48,813 nucleotides of DNA, from the NCBI GenBank assembly GCA_963755025.1, contig CAVWIH010000018.1, positions 1 to 48,813 of the forward strand, read 5' to 3'. The translations under genes were made by a program, and so were the position numbers. The stretch's first letter is position 1; every line of letters begins with the position of its first letter. The notes below the pieces were generated by a model, which saw nothing but the letters and a program-made list of their open reading frames with translations, had not been told where the DNA came from and made no database searches. Source of the DNA: an uncultured Actinomycetes bacterium. Lineage in GTDB: Bacteria; Actinomycetota; Thermoleophilia; UBA2241. Below are positions 22,445 to 33,238 of the stretch, piece by piece.

Positions 22445-25089
22445 GAGGCCCGCGCCGTCGTCGAGTGGTCGAGCAGGCTGCGCGCCGCGGCGAGCTCGTC
22501 GCGGCGGCCCGAGACGAGGCCGTCGAGCTTCATGCGCAGCAGGGCGCGCAGCACCGTGCCGAGGTCGGCCGACTCGCGGTAGCCGAGCGCGAGCAGGTCG
22601 CGGCCGCTCACGGCCAGGCGCACGCGGCGCGTCTCGGCGAGGTAGCGCTCGAGGCGCGCCTCGGCGGGCCCGCCGGCGGCGATCGCCATGGCGGCGAGCA
22701 ACGCCTCGAGGGGCTCGCCGTGGGCGATCTCGTACAGGTCTGCTTCAGACAGCGGGCGCTCGAGCCGGCGCGCGAGGCGGGCGCCGACCAGCCAGGCCCG
22801 CACCAGCACACGGGCGTCGCCGCGGCGAAAGCGCATGCGCGCCACCCACTCCTCGAGCTCTTCGGGGGTCAGGTCGCGCAGCGCCATCACCAGGCGCGCG
22901 CGCCAGGCCGGCACCTCGCGCTGAAGGTCGCAGCGGCGGCGCAGGGCGTCGACCGTGGCGATCAGGGCGGCGCTCTCGTCGTCCAAGGCGAAGCGCGGGT
23001 GCAGGACGTGCTGCAGGCCGAGCTCTTTGAGGCGCTGCAGCGTGCAGGAGATGCGCGGCTCGTCGAGCAGCGCCACGAGCTCGTCGCGCAGGCGCGCCGA
23101 TGAGAGGTCGCCGATCAGGTCCATCTCGTTGCAGGCGCGCGCCAGGGCGAGCGTGTGGCGGTCCATGCGAAAGCCGTAGCGGTCTTCGTAGCGCACCGCG
23201 CGGAAGATGCGCGTGGGGTCTTCGATGAAGCTCAGGTTGTGCAGCACCCTGATGCGCTTGCGGCGCAGGTCGTCGAGGCCGCCGAAGAAATCGAGCAGCG
23301 CGCCGAAGTCGCGCGGGTTCAGCGACACGGCCATGGCGTTGATCGTGAAGTCGCGCCGCGAGAGGTCGCCGCGGATGGTGGCGTGCTCGACCTTGGGCAG
23401 GGCCGCCGGATAGTCGTAGAACTCAGTGCGGGTCGAGGCCACGTCGACGCGCAGCGCCGGCGTGGCGCCGCCGGCGCCCTGCTCGACGACGACGACCGCC
23501 GTCTGGAACTTGTCGTGAGCGCGCACGCGGCCGCCGAGACGCGCCGCCAGCGCCCGCGCGAACTCGATGCCGTCGCCCTCGACGGCGATGTCGATGTCGG
23601 CCACGCGCTGGTCGAGCAGCAGGTCGCGCACCGCCCCGCCGACCAGGTAGGCGCCGCGGTAGTCGGTGGCCACCGCCTGGATCTCGGCGAACAGGTCGTC
23701 GAGGCCGAGGCGGCCGAGCTCGCCGGCCAGCGACACGCCGGCCGGTCCGCCGGCGGCCTCGCCGCCGGCGTGCAGGGCGCGCAACACGTCGCTGCGCGTC
23801 ACCACGCCGACCACGTCGCTCGTGCGCACCGGCTCGCCCCCCGCCGCGCGCACGACGAGGACACGGCCCACGGGGTCGCGCGCCAGCAGGTTGGTGAGCT
23901 CGTCGGCGGCGGTGTCGGCGGCGACCACGGTCGTCGCGGTCGTCATGACCGCCTTGACCGGAGCGTGCCCCAGCTTGTGGCGCACGGCCCTGTCCAGGTC
24001 GCGGCGCGAGACAGAGCCCACCAGCGTCTCGCCGTCGGCCACCGACAGGCCGCCGTAGCCGTAGCGCTCGCAGGTGATGCGCGCGGCGTCGACCGTGGTC
24101 TGCGCCGTCACCCAGCGCACCGGCTCCGACATGAGGCCGGCCGCCGTGGGCACCGCCGCCCGCGAGCGCTTGAGGGCGGCCACCACGCGCCGCCGCGCGG
24201 TCGCGAGCGACACGTCTTTGACGATGGCCGAGGCGGCGGCGGCGTGGCCGCCGCCGCCCACCGCCTTGAGCACCTCGGCGACGTCGAGCGCCGCCACCCT
24301 GCTGCGCGCCGTCACAAAGACGCGCCGCTCCATCTCGACGAGCAGCACGAGGGCGTCGCAGTTGGCCACGTCCATCGCCTTGTGCACGACGAGGCTGACG
24401 CCCTCGACGTACGCCTCGCCGGAGACCGCGGCGACGAGCACGTTGAGCCCCCCGGCCGCGACCGGGCGGGCGCGTTCGAGGACGCGCAGCAGCAGCTCGC
24501 GCTGCGGAGCGCTCAACGGGTTGTGCAGAAAGCGCTCGATGACCTGCTGATTGGCGCCCTGGCGCATGCAGAAGGCCAGCGCCTCGACGTCGCGCACCGT
24601 GGTCGTGGGAAAGGTGAGCGAGCCGGTGTCTTCGTGGATGCCCAGCGCGAACACGGTGGATTCGAGCGGCGTCACGGCGATCTCGCGCTCGGCGATGATG
24701 CGCAGCATGAGCGTGACCAGCGAGCCGTCGTCGGAGACCACCACGTTCGCGGGGTCGATGAACGGCGGCAGCGCGCCGGTGGGACGGTGGTGGTCGAACA
24801 CCAGGATCTCGACGTCGCCGCGCGTGGTGAGCGGGCCGAGCTCGCCCAGCCGGTTGGCGTGCAGCGTCTCGACCAAGATGAGGCGCCTGACGGCCGCCAG
24901 GTCGACGGCGGCGGCCTCGACCAGGGGGATCTCGTCGGCGAACAGCGTGCGGAACTCGCGCACGTTGCGGTTGAGCGCGCCGCTCAGCACCATGCGCGCC
25001 TCGGGGTAGAGCTTGTGAGCCGCGATCATGGCGGCGAAGCCGTCGAAGTCGGTGTTGGAATGCGTGGCGATGAGTTCGGTGTCGCTCAT
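22441..25089 (-). CDS. cca: tRNA nucleotidyltransferase (CCA- or A-adding) with N-terminal DHH/DHHA1 and CBS domains
   Basis: THSNTDFDG, FDHH, GIHEDTG, GGGGHAAAASA; CBS pair; VGGAVRDLLL..DIDI, DLSRRDFTINAMA, SFIEDPTRIFRAVRY. Confidence 0.92.
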   Translation of the reverse strand: MSDTELIATHSNTDFDGFAAMIAAHKLYPEARMVLSGALNRNVREFRTLFADEIPLVEAAAVDLAAVRRLILVETLHANRLGELGPLTTRGDVEILVFDHHRPTGALPPFIDPANVVVSDDGSLVTLMLRIIAEREIAVTPLESTVFALGIHEDTGSLTFPTTTVRDVEALAFCMRQGANQQVIERFLHNPLSAPQRELLLRVLERARPVAAGGLNVLVAAVSGEAYVEGVSLVVHKAMDVANCDALVLLVEMERRVFVTARSRVAALDVAEVLKAVGGGGHAAAASAIVKDVSLATARRRVVAALKRSRAAVPTAAGLMSEPVRWVTAQTTVDAARITCERYGYGGLSVADGETLVGSVSRRDLDRAVRHKLGHAPVKAVMTTATTVVAADTAADELTNLLARDPVGRVLVVRAAGGEPVRTSDVVGVVTRSDVLRALHAGGEAAGGPAGVSLAGELGRLGLDDLFAEIQAVATDYRGAYLVGGAVRDLLLDQRVADIDIAVEGDGIEFARALAARLGGRVRAHDKFQTAVVVVEQGAGGATPALRVDVASTRTEFYDYPAALPKVEHATIRGDLSRRDFTINAMAVSLNPRDFGALLDFFGGLDDLRRKRIRVLHNLSFIEDPTRIFRAVRYEDRYGFRMDRHTLALARACNEMDLIGDLSSARLRDELVALLDEPRISCTLQRLKELGLQHVLHPRFALDDESAALIATVDALRRRCDLQREVPAWRARLVMALRDLTPEELEEWVARMRFRRGDARVLVRAWLVGARLARRLERPLSEADLYEIAHGEPLEALLAAMAIAAGGPAEARLERYLAETRRVRLAVSGRDLLALGYRESADLGTVLRALLRMKLDGLVSGRRDELAAARSLLDHSTTARAS

Positions 25090-25164
25090 ATCAGGCTCAC
25101 CATACCCTGCCCCTCACGGCTTGAGCAGCCGCCCCGCGCCTCGGGGGAGCCGTGACGACCACGC

Positions 25165-27339
25165 TCACGCCTTGAGCAGCCACGAGAGCTCGTCGCCGAA
25201 GGCGGCGCGCACGGAGGCGGCCAGGGGCGCGTCGGGCGGCGCGTCGAGCGCCGGGTCGGCGGCCAGGATGGCGCGCGCCAGGCGCCGGGCGCGCACCACG
25301 GCGTCGCGGTCGCGGGTGAGTTTGGCGAGCTTCAAGTCGGGCAGTCCCGACTGGCGCGTGCCGAAGAGCTGGCCCTCGCCGCGGATCTCGAGGTCGCGGT
25401 CGGCCAGGACGAACCCGTCGGAGGTCGCGCACAGCGCCTTGAGGCGGGCGTCGGAGCGTTCGCCCGGCACCCGTTCGCGGCGCGGGCTCGTGAACAGCAG
25501 GCAGTAGGAGCGCGCGGTGCCGCGCCCCACGCGGCCGCGCAGCTGGTGGAGCTGCGCCAGGCCGAACCGCTCGGCGCCCTCGATCAGCATGACCGTCGCG
25601 TTGGGCACATCGATGCCCACCTCGATGATGCTGGTGGCGACCAGCACGTCGACGGCGCCCGACTTGAAGGCACCCATGGCGGCGTCGCGCTCGGCGCTCT
25701 TCATCTGGCCGTGCAGCACGGCCACGGCGTAGGCGCGAAACTCGCCGGCGGCCAGGCGTTCGGCCTCGGCCACCGCGGCGGCCGACTGCAGCGCCTCGGA
25801 CTCGTCGATCAGCGGGCAGACGACGTAGGCCTGGCGGCCTTTGGCCAGCTCCTTGCGCACGAGGTCGTAGCCGGCCGCTCGGCGGCCCTCGGACACGAGG
25901 CGCGTGACGATCGGCCGCCGGCCCGCCGGCGAGCCGGCGATCACGGTGACGTCGAGGTCGCCGTAGAACGTCAGCGCCAGCGTGCGCGGGATCGGCGTGG
26001 CCGTCATGTACAGCGCGTGCGGCGTGCGCCCGCCGACGGCCGCCCGCCGCCCCATCTCGTCGCGCTGCACGACGCCGAAGCGGTGCTGCTCGTCGACGAC
26101 CACCACGGCGAGGTCGGCGAAGGCCACGTCGCCCTGGATCAGGGCGTGCGTGCCGGCCACGATGGTGGCCTCGCCCGAGGCGATGCGCGCCAGGGCGCCG
26201 CGGCGCTCGGCGGCGGTCAGGCGGCTGGTCAGCAGCTCGCAGGGCACAAGCGGGCCGAGCAGCGCCCGCATGGTCTCGAGGTGCTGCTCGGCGAGCGTCT
26301 CGGTGGGCGCCATGAAGGCCCCCTGGTGGCCCTTCTCGACGGCGCGCAGCAGGGTGTGCACGGCGACCACCGTCTTGCCCGAGCCCACGTCGCCCTGCAG
26401 CAGCCGGCGCATGGGGGTGGAACGCTCGAGGTCGGCGTCGATCTCGGCGATGGCGTTCACCTGGTGGGCCGTCAGCACGAAGGGCAGGCCGGACAGGAAC
26501 GCCGACGACGTCTCGCCGGCCGCCCCGAGCGCCGGCGCGCTGCTGGCGCGCTGCTCGGCGTCTTTGTGGAGCAGCAGGCCCAACTGCATGAGGAGCAGCT
26601 CTTCGAGCACGAGACGCGCGCGCGCCGCGGCCGCCTCGGGGTGCGAGCGCGGCGCGTGGATGGCCAGCACGGCGTCGGCCTTGGTGGGCAGGCCCTCGGC
26701 GGCGCGCAGCGCGCCCGACAGGGGGTCGGGCACGCTGCGCGCGGTGCGCCGGACCTCGTGCACGAGGTCGCGCAGCACGCGCGTGGAGATGCTCTCGCTC
26801 GCCGGGTAGACGGGCACGATGCCCTCGGTGTGCACGGTCTCGCCCTCGCCCGCCAGGATCTCATGGGCCTTGACCACGAACGAGGCGCCGCCACCCGAGA
26901 GGCGCACGCCGCCGCGCAGGCTGAGCACCATGCCCGGCTCGAGCACCTTGGCCAGCCAGGGCTGGTTGAACCAGACGCCGATCATGATGCCCGACTGGTC
27001 ACGCAGCACGGCCTTGAGCAGGGTGACGCGGCGCCGGTGGCCGTGGTCGAGCGTGACGCGCTCGACCGTCGCCCTCACCGTGGCCTCCTCGCCCACCTTG
27101 AGATCGGCGATCGCCTTGCGGTCGGTGAAGTCTTCGTAGCGGCGCGGGTAGTGCGTGAGCAGGTCGCCCACGGTCTCAAGGCCAAAGCCGGCCAGGCGCC
27201 TGGCCAGGGCCGGTCGCACGCCGGGAAGGTCGGAGAGCGGCCGGGCGAGTCCGGAGGCGTCGGGGGCGAGTCGGGGGGGCTGCGGCCGCTGGTCGTACAG
27301 GCCGCCGCCAAAGCGCACGAGGGGTGGGCCCTCGCTCAC
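25165..27339 (-). CDS. recG: ATP-dependent DNA helicase RecG
   Basis: RLLQGDVGSGKT, DEQHRFG, MTATPIPRTL, QLHQLRGRVGRG, DLEIRGEG. Confidence 0.97.
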   Translation of the reverse strand: MSEGPPLVRFGGGLYDQRPQPPRLAPDASGLARPLSDLPGVRPALARRLAGFGLETVGDLLTHYPRRYEDFTDRKAIADLKVGEEATVRATVERVTLDHGHRRRVTLLKAVLRDQSGIMIGVWFNQPWLAKVLEPGMVLSLRGGVRLSGGGASFVVKAHEILAGEGETVHTEGIVPVYPASESISTRVLRDLVHEVRRTARSVPDPLSGALRAAEGLPTKADAVLAIHAPRSHPEAAAARARLVLEELLLMQLGLLLHKDAEQRASSAPALGAAGETSSAFLSGLPFVLTAHQVNAIAEIDADLERSTPMRRLLQGDVGSGKTVVAVHTLLRAVEKGHQGAFMAPTETLAEQHLETMRALLGPLVPCELLTSRLTAAERRGALARIASGEATIVAGTHALIQGDVAFADLAVVVVDEQHRFGVVQRDEMGRRAAVGGRTPHALYMTATPIPRTLALTFYGDLDVTVIAGSPAGRRPIVTRLVSEGRRAAGYDLVRKELAKGRQAYVVCPLIDESEALQSAAAVAEAERLAAGEFRAYAVAVLHGQMKSAERDAAMGAFKSGAVDVLVATSIIEVGIDVPNATVMLIEGAERFGLAQLHQLRGRVGRGTARSYCLLFTSPRRERVPGERSDARLKALCATSDGFVLADRDLEIRGEGQLFGTRQSGLPDLKLAKLTRDRDAVVRARRLARAILAADPALDAPPDAPLAASVRAAFGDELSWLLKA

Positions 27340-28193
27340 TCCACGATCATCGCGAAGGCAAACACGCCGGGTCCGCCGTGGGTGCCGACGATGGCGCCGA
27401 CGCGGCCGTGGAACAGGACCTCGGCCTTAGGGCGCACCGCGAGCAGCGCCGCCTCGAGGGCCGGCAGCTTGTCGTCGGCGTCGGCGCTCCAGGTGATGAG
27501 CTTGACGGCGTCGTCGGGCGCGCTGCGCTCGCCGAGCATGGTGCTCATGGCCTCGAGCGCGCGACGCTCGCCGCGCACCTTGGCGTAGGCCACGAGCTCG
27601 CCGTCGTCGATGGCGATCAGCGGCCTGATGCCGAACACGTCGCCCACCATCGACTGCGCCTTGCCTATGCGGCCGCCGCGCCGCAGGTACTCGAGTGTGG
27701 GCACCTGGAAGAGCATGTGGTTGTTGTGCAGGAAGTAGGCGATGTAGTCGTGCGCCTCGTCTGCGGTGATGCCGTCGGCCAGGCGCGCGCGCAGCCGGTC
27801 GACCAGCAGGCAGATGGTCGCCGACACGGTGCGCGTGTCGAAGACCTCGACGCCCGTGAACGGCTGCGCCGCCGTGAGCGAGGCCTGGTAGGTGCCGCTC
27901 ATGGTGCTCGACAGGTGGAACGCCAGCACGTGCTCGTACTCGGCGGTGAGCGTGCGATAGACCGCGGTGAACTCGCCGACCGTGGGCTGCGAGGTCGTGG
28001 GCAGCACCGGCGACGACGCCAGGCGGGCGAAGAACTCGGCGGGCGTAAGGTCGACCCCGTCGCGGAAGGTCTCGTCGCCGAAATGGACTTTGAGCGGCAC
28101 CATGGCGAGACCGGGACGGTCGAAATAGCCGGGCGGCGGGTCGCACGTGGAGTCGCAGACGATCGCCGTGTTGTCGAGCGTCAGGCGGGTCAT
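27336..28193 (-). CDS. DegV family fatty-acid-binding protein (FakB-like)
   Basis: IVCDSTCD, PTTSQPT, LSSTMSGTYQ, DTRTVS, LEYLRRGGRIG, IVGTHGGPG; ATG at 28193. Confidence 0.95.
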   Translation of the reverse strand: MTRLTLDNTAIVCDSTCDPPPGYFDRPGLAMVPLKVHFGDETFRDGVDLTPAEFFARLASSPVLPTTSQPTVGEFTAVYRTLTAEYEHVLAFHLSSTMSGTYQASLTAAQPFTGVEVFDTRTVSATICLLVDRLRARLADGITADEAHDYIAYFLHNNHMLFQVPTLEYLRRGGRIGKAQSMVGDVFGIRPLIAIDDGELVAYAKVRGERRALEAMSTMLGERSAPDDAVKLITWSADADDKLPALEAALLAVRPKAEVLFHGRVGAIVGTHGGPGVFAFAMIVE

Positions 28194-29828
28194 CACTCGG
28201 CGCCGATCAGGATGGGGTAGAGCGGCTGGCCGCCCTCTTGAAAGAGGAACTCGACCAGGGGGCAGTCGCTGGCGCAGGCCTCGGCGGCGGTGCGTTCGAG
28301 GTCGGCGACGGTGACGCCGCAGCCGTTCAGGGCGGTGAGGATGGTGATGAGCTCGGCGCCGGCCGTGCCGAGCTTGCGCACGACGTCGCCGAAGACCAGC
28401 ACGAGGTCGTCGCCGCTGGCCGCGAGGTGACCGTCGACCAGGCCGATGACCTCGCCCTGGCGCACCGGCGTGCCGTCGATCTCGGAGTCGCGCACGGCGT
28501 GGGTGATCTCGGCGCTGTGCACGCGGGCGAGCACCTCGTCCATGGCGGCGGCGTTGGCGGCCGCCCCGGAGTCGGTGTCGAAGGCGACCATGGCCGACAG
28601 GCCGGCCGGCAGCGAGGTCGACGCCACGACCGCCACCTTGCGGTCGCACATGGTCGCGGCCTGCTCGGCGGTGAGCACGACGTTGCCGTTGTTGGGCAGC
28701 ACGACGACCTCGGCGGCGTTGAGGCTCTCGACGGCGGCGACGAGCTCGGCGGTGCTCGGGTTCATGGACTGGCCCCCGTCGATCACGGCCTCGCAGCCGA
28801 GCTCGCGAAAGAGCGTCTTGTTGCCCTCGCCAGCGGCGACGGCCACGCAGGCCACCCGCTGATCGAGGCGCAGGCGGCGCTGGCGGGCGCGCGTCTGCTC
28901 GCGCATGTCGGCGACCTCGATGTCGTCGATCGTGCCGTGCGCCGAGGCGTAGCTGAGCACGGCGCCCGGGTGGTCGGTGTGCACGTGGACCTTGAGCATG
29001 CCCTCGCCGCCCACGACGAGCGCGCAGTCGCCTTGCGTGCCGACGAAGCGCTCGAGGTCGTCGTGGTCGAGGTCGTCGCCGAGCAGCAGGAAGCTCGTGC
29101 AGTAGCGGTAGCGCGACTCTTCGACATCGTCGTCGGGGATGCCGGCGACGTGCCGCGAGGCGCGTCCGCGGCGGCGGTCGCTGCCGTCGGCGGTGACCGC
29201 CGCCGCGGGCGCGCTGCCGGTCTCGGCGCGCAGAAAGCCGGCCACCGCGCCGCGCAGCAGCACGAGCAGGCCGTAGCCGCCGGCGTCGACCACGCCCGCG
29301 CGGCGCAGCGCCTCGAGCTGGTCGATGGTGCGCTCGACGGCCTCGGCGCCGGCCGTGCTCACCCGGGTCAGCAGGGCGGGCAGCGAGATGGTCTCGGGGG
29401 TCGCCGCGGCGGCGTCGGACATGGCCCTGATGACCGAGAGCATGGTGCCCTCGACGGGCTGGCGCACCGCGCGGTAGGCGGCGTCGGAGGCGGCGCGCAG
29501 GGCATCGCGCACGGCGGCGGAGTCGAAGGCGCGCGCCGCGGCGATCGACTCGCAGGCGCCGCGCACGATCTGCGAGAGGATCACGCCGGAGTTGCCGCGG
29601 GCGCCCATGAGCGAGCCGCGGATGACGACCGCCATGAGCGCCGGCGAGGTCGTCGACGGCGACGCCCTCGACCTCGTCGATCACGGCCTGCATGGTGAGG
29701 AACAGGTTGGTGCCGGTGTCGCCGTCGGGCACCGGGTAGACGTTCAGGTCGTTGATGTAGTCACGTTCGAGCCCCAGGGCGTTCGACGCCCCGGCGAGCA
29801 CCTCGAGAACGTGCCCACGGGCGCTCAT
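28193..29828 (-). CDS. fakA: DAK2-domain fatty acid kinase subunit A (FakA/YloV); apparent frameshift near 29640
   Basis: INDLNVYPVPDGDTGTNL, MGARGNSGVILSQ, PVEGTMLSV, VVDAGG, YCT, KVHVHT, GGQSMNPS, LPNN, GGQPLY. Confidence 0.93.
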
Positions 29829-30421
29829 CGGCGCACGTCGTCGACGCGCACGTGCACCTCGCCGACCGTCACGCCGGCGATGCGCTCGACCTCGAACCGC
29901 ACCTGCTCTTCGAGCGTGCGGGTGACTTCGGCCAGGTTGAGTCCGCGCTCGATCACCACGTGCAGGCTGATATCGGCGTGCGATTCGTGGGCGTCGACGT
30001 CGACCCCGCTGGTGAGCTCGTCGCGGAACAGGCGAGCGAGCGGCGTGAGCCGCGAGCGGCGCAGGTCGACCACGCCGTAGGTGAGCAGGGCGGCGCGGCC
30101 GGCGAGCTTGGCGATGACGCCGTCGGCGACGGTGACGTCGCCGCGCGAGAGCGCCGGGGAGATTGGCTTTGAGATCGGGTTGAGCCACGTTCGCCCGTGC
30201 GGCCGCTTCAGTCGACCGGCGGTCGCGCGCTCGAGCCGGTTGAGCTCGGCGACGACAGCCTCGGGATCGACGGCGTGCATGATGGCCCCGCTCTCGATAC
30301 TCTCGAGTTGCGCGCCGATGCACAGGCTGCATCCCATACCCCAGCGCGCGAACACGTCGCGTGCTCCGGGGTGCGATTCGAGCGCCTCGAGAATGGACAT
30401 TTGTTTGGTGAACTGACTCAT
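29825..30421 (-). CDS. DUF1858 (redox-disulfide) domain fused to an Asp23/Gls24 (YloU-like) domain
   Basis: N-half GMGCSLCIGAQLESIESGAIMHAVD is DUF1858-like; C-half GDVTVADGVIAKLAG...YGVV...GVDV...GLNLAEV...VHVRVDDVR is Asp23-like; canonical yloU position before fakA. Confidence 0.8.
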   Translation of the reverse strand: MSQFTKQMSILEALESHPGARDVFARWGMGCSLCIGAQLESIESGAIMHAVDPEAVVAELNRLERATAGRLKRPHGRTWLNPISKPISPALSRGDVTVADGVIAKLAGRAALLTYGVVDLRRSRLTPLARLFRDELTSGVDVDAHESHADISLHVVIERGLNLAEVTRTLEEQVRFEVERIAGVTVGEVHVRVDDVRR

Positions 30422-30512
30422 GGGTCACAGATACGACAAGGGCCGCGGTTGCGTCTCGCGGCCGCGTGTAGCATAATTCCGGCCCGTCACCTTTCGCAAG
30501 CGAGGATCCCGC

Positions 30513-30704
30513 ATGTCACGAATCTGCGTGAGCTGTGGCAAGAAGCCCGCAGTGGGCAACAACCGCAGCCACTCCAACAGAGCTACCAAACGGCGTTTCG
30601 AGCCAAACCTGCAGCACGTTCACATCATGCTCGACGGCCGCTGCCAGGCCGCCTACGTGTGCGCCCGCTGCCTCAAGTCCGGACGCGTGGCCAAGGCCCT
30701 CTAG
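30513..30704 (+). CDS. rpmB: 50S ribosomal protein L28 (Cys-containing zinc-ribbon form)
   Basis: [32 protein letters not shown]...VCARCLKSG; divergent from asp23-fakA. Confidence 0.98.
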   Translation: MSRICVSCGKKPAVGNNRSHSNRATKRRFEPNLQHVHIMLDGRCQAAYVCARCLKSGRVAKAL

Positions 30705-30736
30705 CGACCCCGGCCCGCGCCCCTCGCGGGTGCGCC

Positions 30737-31210
30737 TTACGGCAGCACCCGCAGCAGGTTGGCCATCTCCAGGGCGGTCGTCGCCGCCGCCCAGCCTTTG
30801 TTGCCGGCCTTCGTGCCGGCACGTTCGACGGCCTGCTCCACGCTGTCTGTGGTGAGCACCCCGAACACGACCGGTACGCCGGTCTCGAGGCCCACGTTGG
30901 CGATCCCCTTGGCGACCTCTGCAGCCACGTAGTCGAAGTGCGGCGTGCCGCCGCGGATCACCGCTCCCAGGCAGATGACGGCGTCGTAGCGGGCGCTGGC
31001 GGCGAGCTTCTGGGCGATCAGCGGCATCTCGAAGGCGCCCGGCACCCAGGCGATGTCGATGTCGTCGTCGGCCGTCTCGTGACGGCGCAGGTTGTCGAGC
31101 GCCCCGCTCAGCAGGTGGGTCGAGATGAACTCGTTGAAGCGCCCCACGACGAGCGCGAACTTGAGTCCTTTGCCCGTCAGCTTTCCCTCGTAGGTCGTGT
31201 TCACGGTCAA
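30737..31210 (-). CDS. ribH: 6,7-dimethyl-8-ribityllumazine synthase
   Basis: [41 protein letters not shown]. Confidence 0.97.
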   Translation of the reverse strand: MTVNTTYEGKLTGKGLKFALVVGRFNEFISTHLLSGALDNLRRHETADDDIDIAWVPGAFEMPLIAQKLAASARYDAVICLGAVIRGGTPHFDYVAAEVAKGIANVGLETGVPVVFGVLTTDSVEQAVERAGTKAGNKGWAAATTALEMANLLRVLP

Positions 31211-31267
31211 GAAGCTCCTTTCGGTGTGGGCCGGCGCCGGCCCAGGGTCTGGTGGCCGGATGCGCTG

Positions 31268-32596
31268 CTAGCCCTCGTCGCCTTCGACCGGCAGGAGCTG
31301 TTCGTGCTCCAGCAGGTGGCCCATCTTGTCGCGCTTGGTGCGCAGGTACGTGACGCTGTGCTCGTGGGGCGCGCACCTCGATCGGCACGCGCTCGGTGAT
31401 GGTGAGGCCGTAGCCCTCGAGGGCGACCAGCTTCTTGGGGTTGTTGGTCATCGTGCGGATGCTCGACAGGCCGAGGTCGACCAGGATCTGGGCGCCGATG
31501 CCGTAGTCGCGCAGGTCGGCCGGAAAGCCGAGCTCGAGGTTGGCCTCGACGGTGTCGCGGCCCTTCTCCTGCAGGGCGTAGGCGCGCAGCTTGTTGAGCA
31601 GGCCGATGCCGCGGCCCTCCTGGCGCATGTAGAGCACCACGCCGCAGGCCCTCCGCTTCGACGCGCCGCATGGCGAGCGCGAGCTGATCGCCGCAGTCGC
31701 AGCGCAGCGAGCCGAAGACGTCGCCGGTGAGGCACTCGGAGTGCACCCGCACGAGCACGTCGCGTCTTGCCGGCGACGTTGCCCTTGACCAGGGCGACGT
31801 GGTGCGAGCTGTCGACCAGCGACTCGTAGCCGATCGCCCGGAACTCGCCGTAGCGCGTGGGCATCTGCACGACGGCCACCCGGCGCACGAGCTTCTCGGT
31901 GCGCCGCCGGTGGCGGATGAGGTCGGCCACGGTGATCATCTTGATGCCGTGCCGCCGGCAGTAGCCGACCAGGTCGGGCACTCTCGCCATGGTGCCGTCG
32001 TCGTTCATGACCTCGCAGATCACGGCCGCCGGCTGCAGGCCGGCGAGGCGCGCGAGGTCGACGCCGGCCTCGGTCTGGCCGGCGCGCTCGAGCACGCCGC
32101 CCGACGCCGCGATGAGCGGGAAGATGTGGCCGGGCTGCACGATGTCGTGGGGCCCGCACTCGGGGTCGACGGCCACCTGGATGGTGCGCGCGCGATCGGC
32201 CGCCGAGATGCCGGTGGTCACCCCGTGGCGCGCCTCGATCGACTGCGTGAAGGCGGTCTGAAAGCGCGCCGAGTTCTGGGCCACCATGGGCCCCAGGTTG
32301 AGCTCTTCGCAGCGCTTCGCGGTGAGCGTGAGGCAGATCAGGCCGCGGCCGTGGGTCGCCATGAAGTTGATCGACTCGGGCGTGACGAACTGGGCCGCCA
32401 TGGTGAGGTCGCCTTCGTTCTCGCGGCCCTCGTCGTCGCAGACCACGACCATGCGGCCGGCGCGGATGTCGGCCAGGGCTTCGTCGATCGTGGCGAAGTC
32501 GGCCGGGTCGCGCCCCTCGTCGGCCGTCGAGCCCGAGCTCGCGGTCGCGAAGGGCGCGTCGTGGCCGTCGGTCGTGGGCGTGTCGGTGCTGCTCAT
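31268..32596 (-). CDS. ribBA: Bifunctional DHBP synthase/GTP cyclohydrolase II (three apparent frameshifts near 31763, 31650, 31370)
   Basis: [31 protein letters not shown]; [20 protein letters not shown]; [14 protein letters not shown]; [11 protein letters not shown] ending at TAG 31268. Confidence 0.94.
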
Positions 32597-33235
32597 AGGT
32601 ACCCCGCTTCTGACAGTTTCTCGAAGGTGAGACCCTGGGTGGACCCGGATCGCGAAAGGTAGGCGCGCACGTACTTGCCGATGAGATCGGCCTCGAGGTT
32701 GACCTCGTCACCCACGGCCAGGTCGCGCAGCGTGGTGGCCGCGACGGTGTGAGGGATCAAGGAGATGCGCAGGCCGGCGTCGGTCGAGATCGACGATCGT
32801 GAGGCTCACGCCGTCGACGGCCACCGAGCCCTGCGGCACGCTCACGTCGACGACCGCGGCCGGCGCCGCCAGCGTGACCACCGACGCGTTCTGTTCGCGC
32901 GCCACCCTGACGACCGTGCCGACGCCGTCGACGTGGCCCTGCACCAGGTGCCCGCCGAGGCGCGACTGCAGCGTGAGGGCGCGCTCGAGGTTGAGCCCGT
33001 CGCCGGGCCGCTTGCTCCCCAGCGTGGTGCGCCGCACCGTCTCGGGCATGGCGTCGGCCCAGAACCGGTCGCCCGCCAGGCGGGTCACGGTGAGGCACGG
33101 CCCGCTGGTGGCGATCGAGTCGCCCACGCGCGTGCCGGCGAGCACCGCGCGCGCCTCGATCTCGAGCACCGCGCTCGCCTCGCGCACGATCAGGCCGCGC
33201 AGGCGCCCGACCTCTTCGACGATGCCGGTGAACAT
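32593..33235 (-). CDS. ribE: Riboflavin synthase alpha chain (apparent frameshift near 32787)
   Basis: [50 protein letters not shown]; then SLIPHT...[12 protein letters not shown] in a second frame. Confidence 0.94.
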
Positions 33236-33238
33236 GAC

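Noticed and set aside
27336-30428. 1030-aa ORF joining the FakA N-terminus to DegV
   Set aside because: The middle is Arg-rich out-of-frame sequence caused by the indel near 29640; fakA and degV have their own stop and start.
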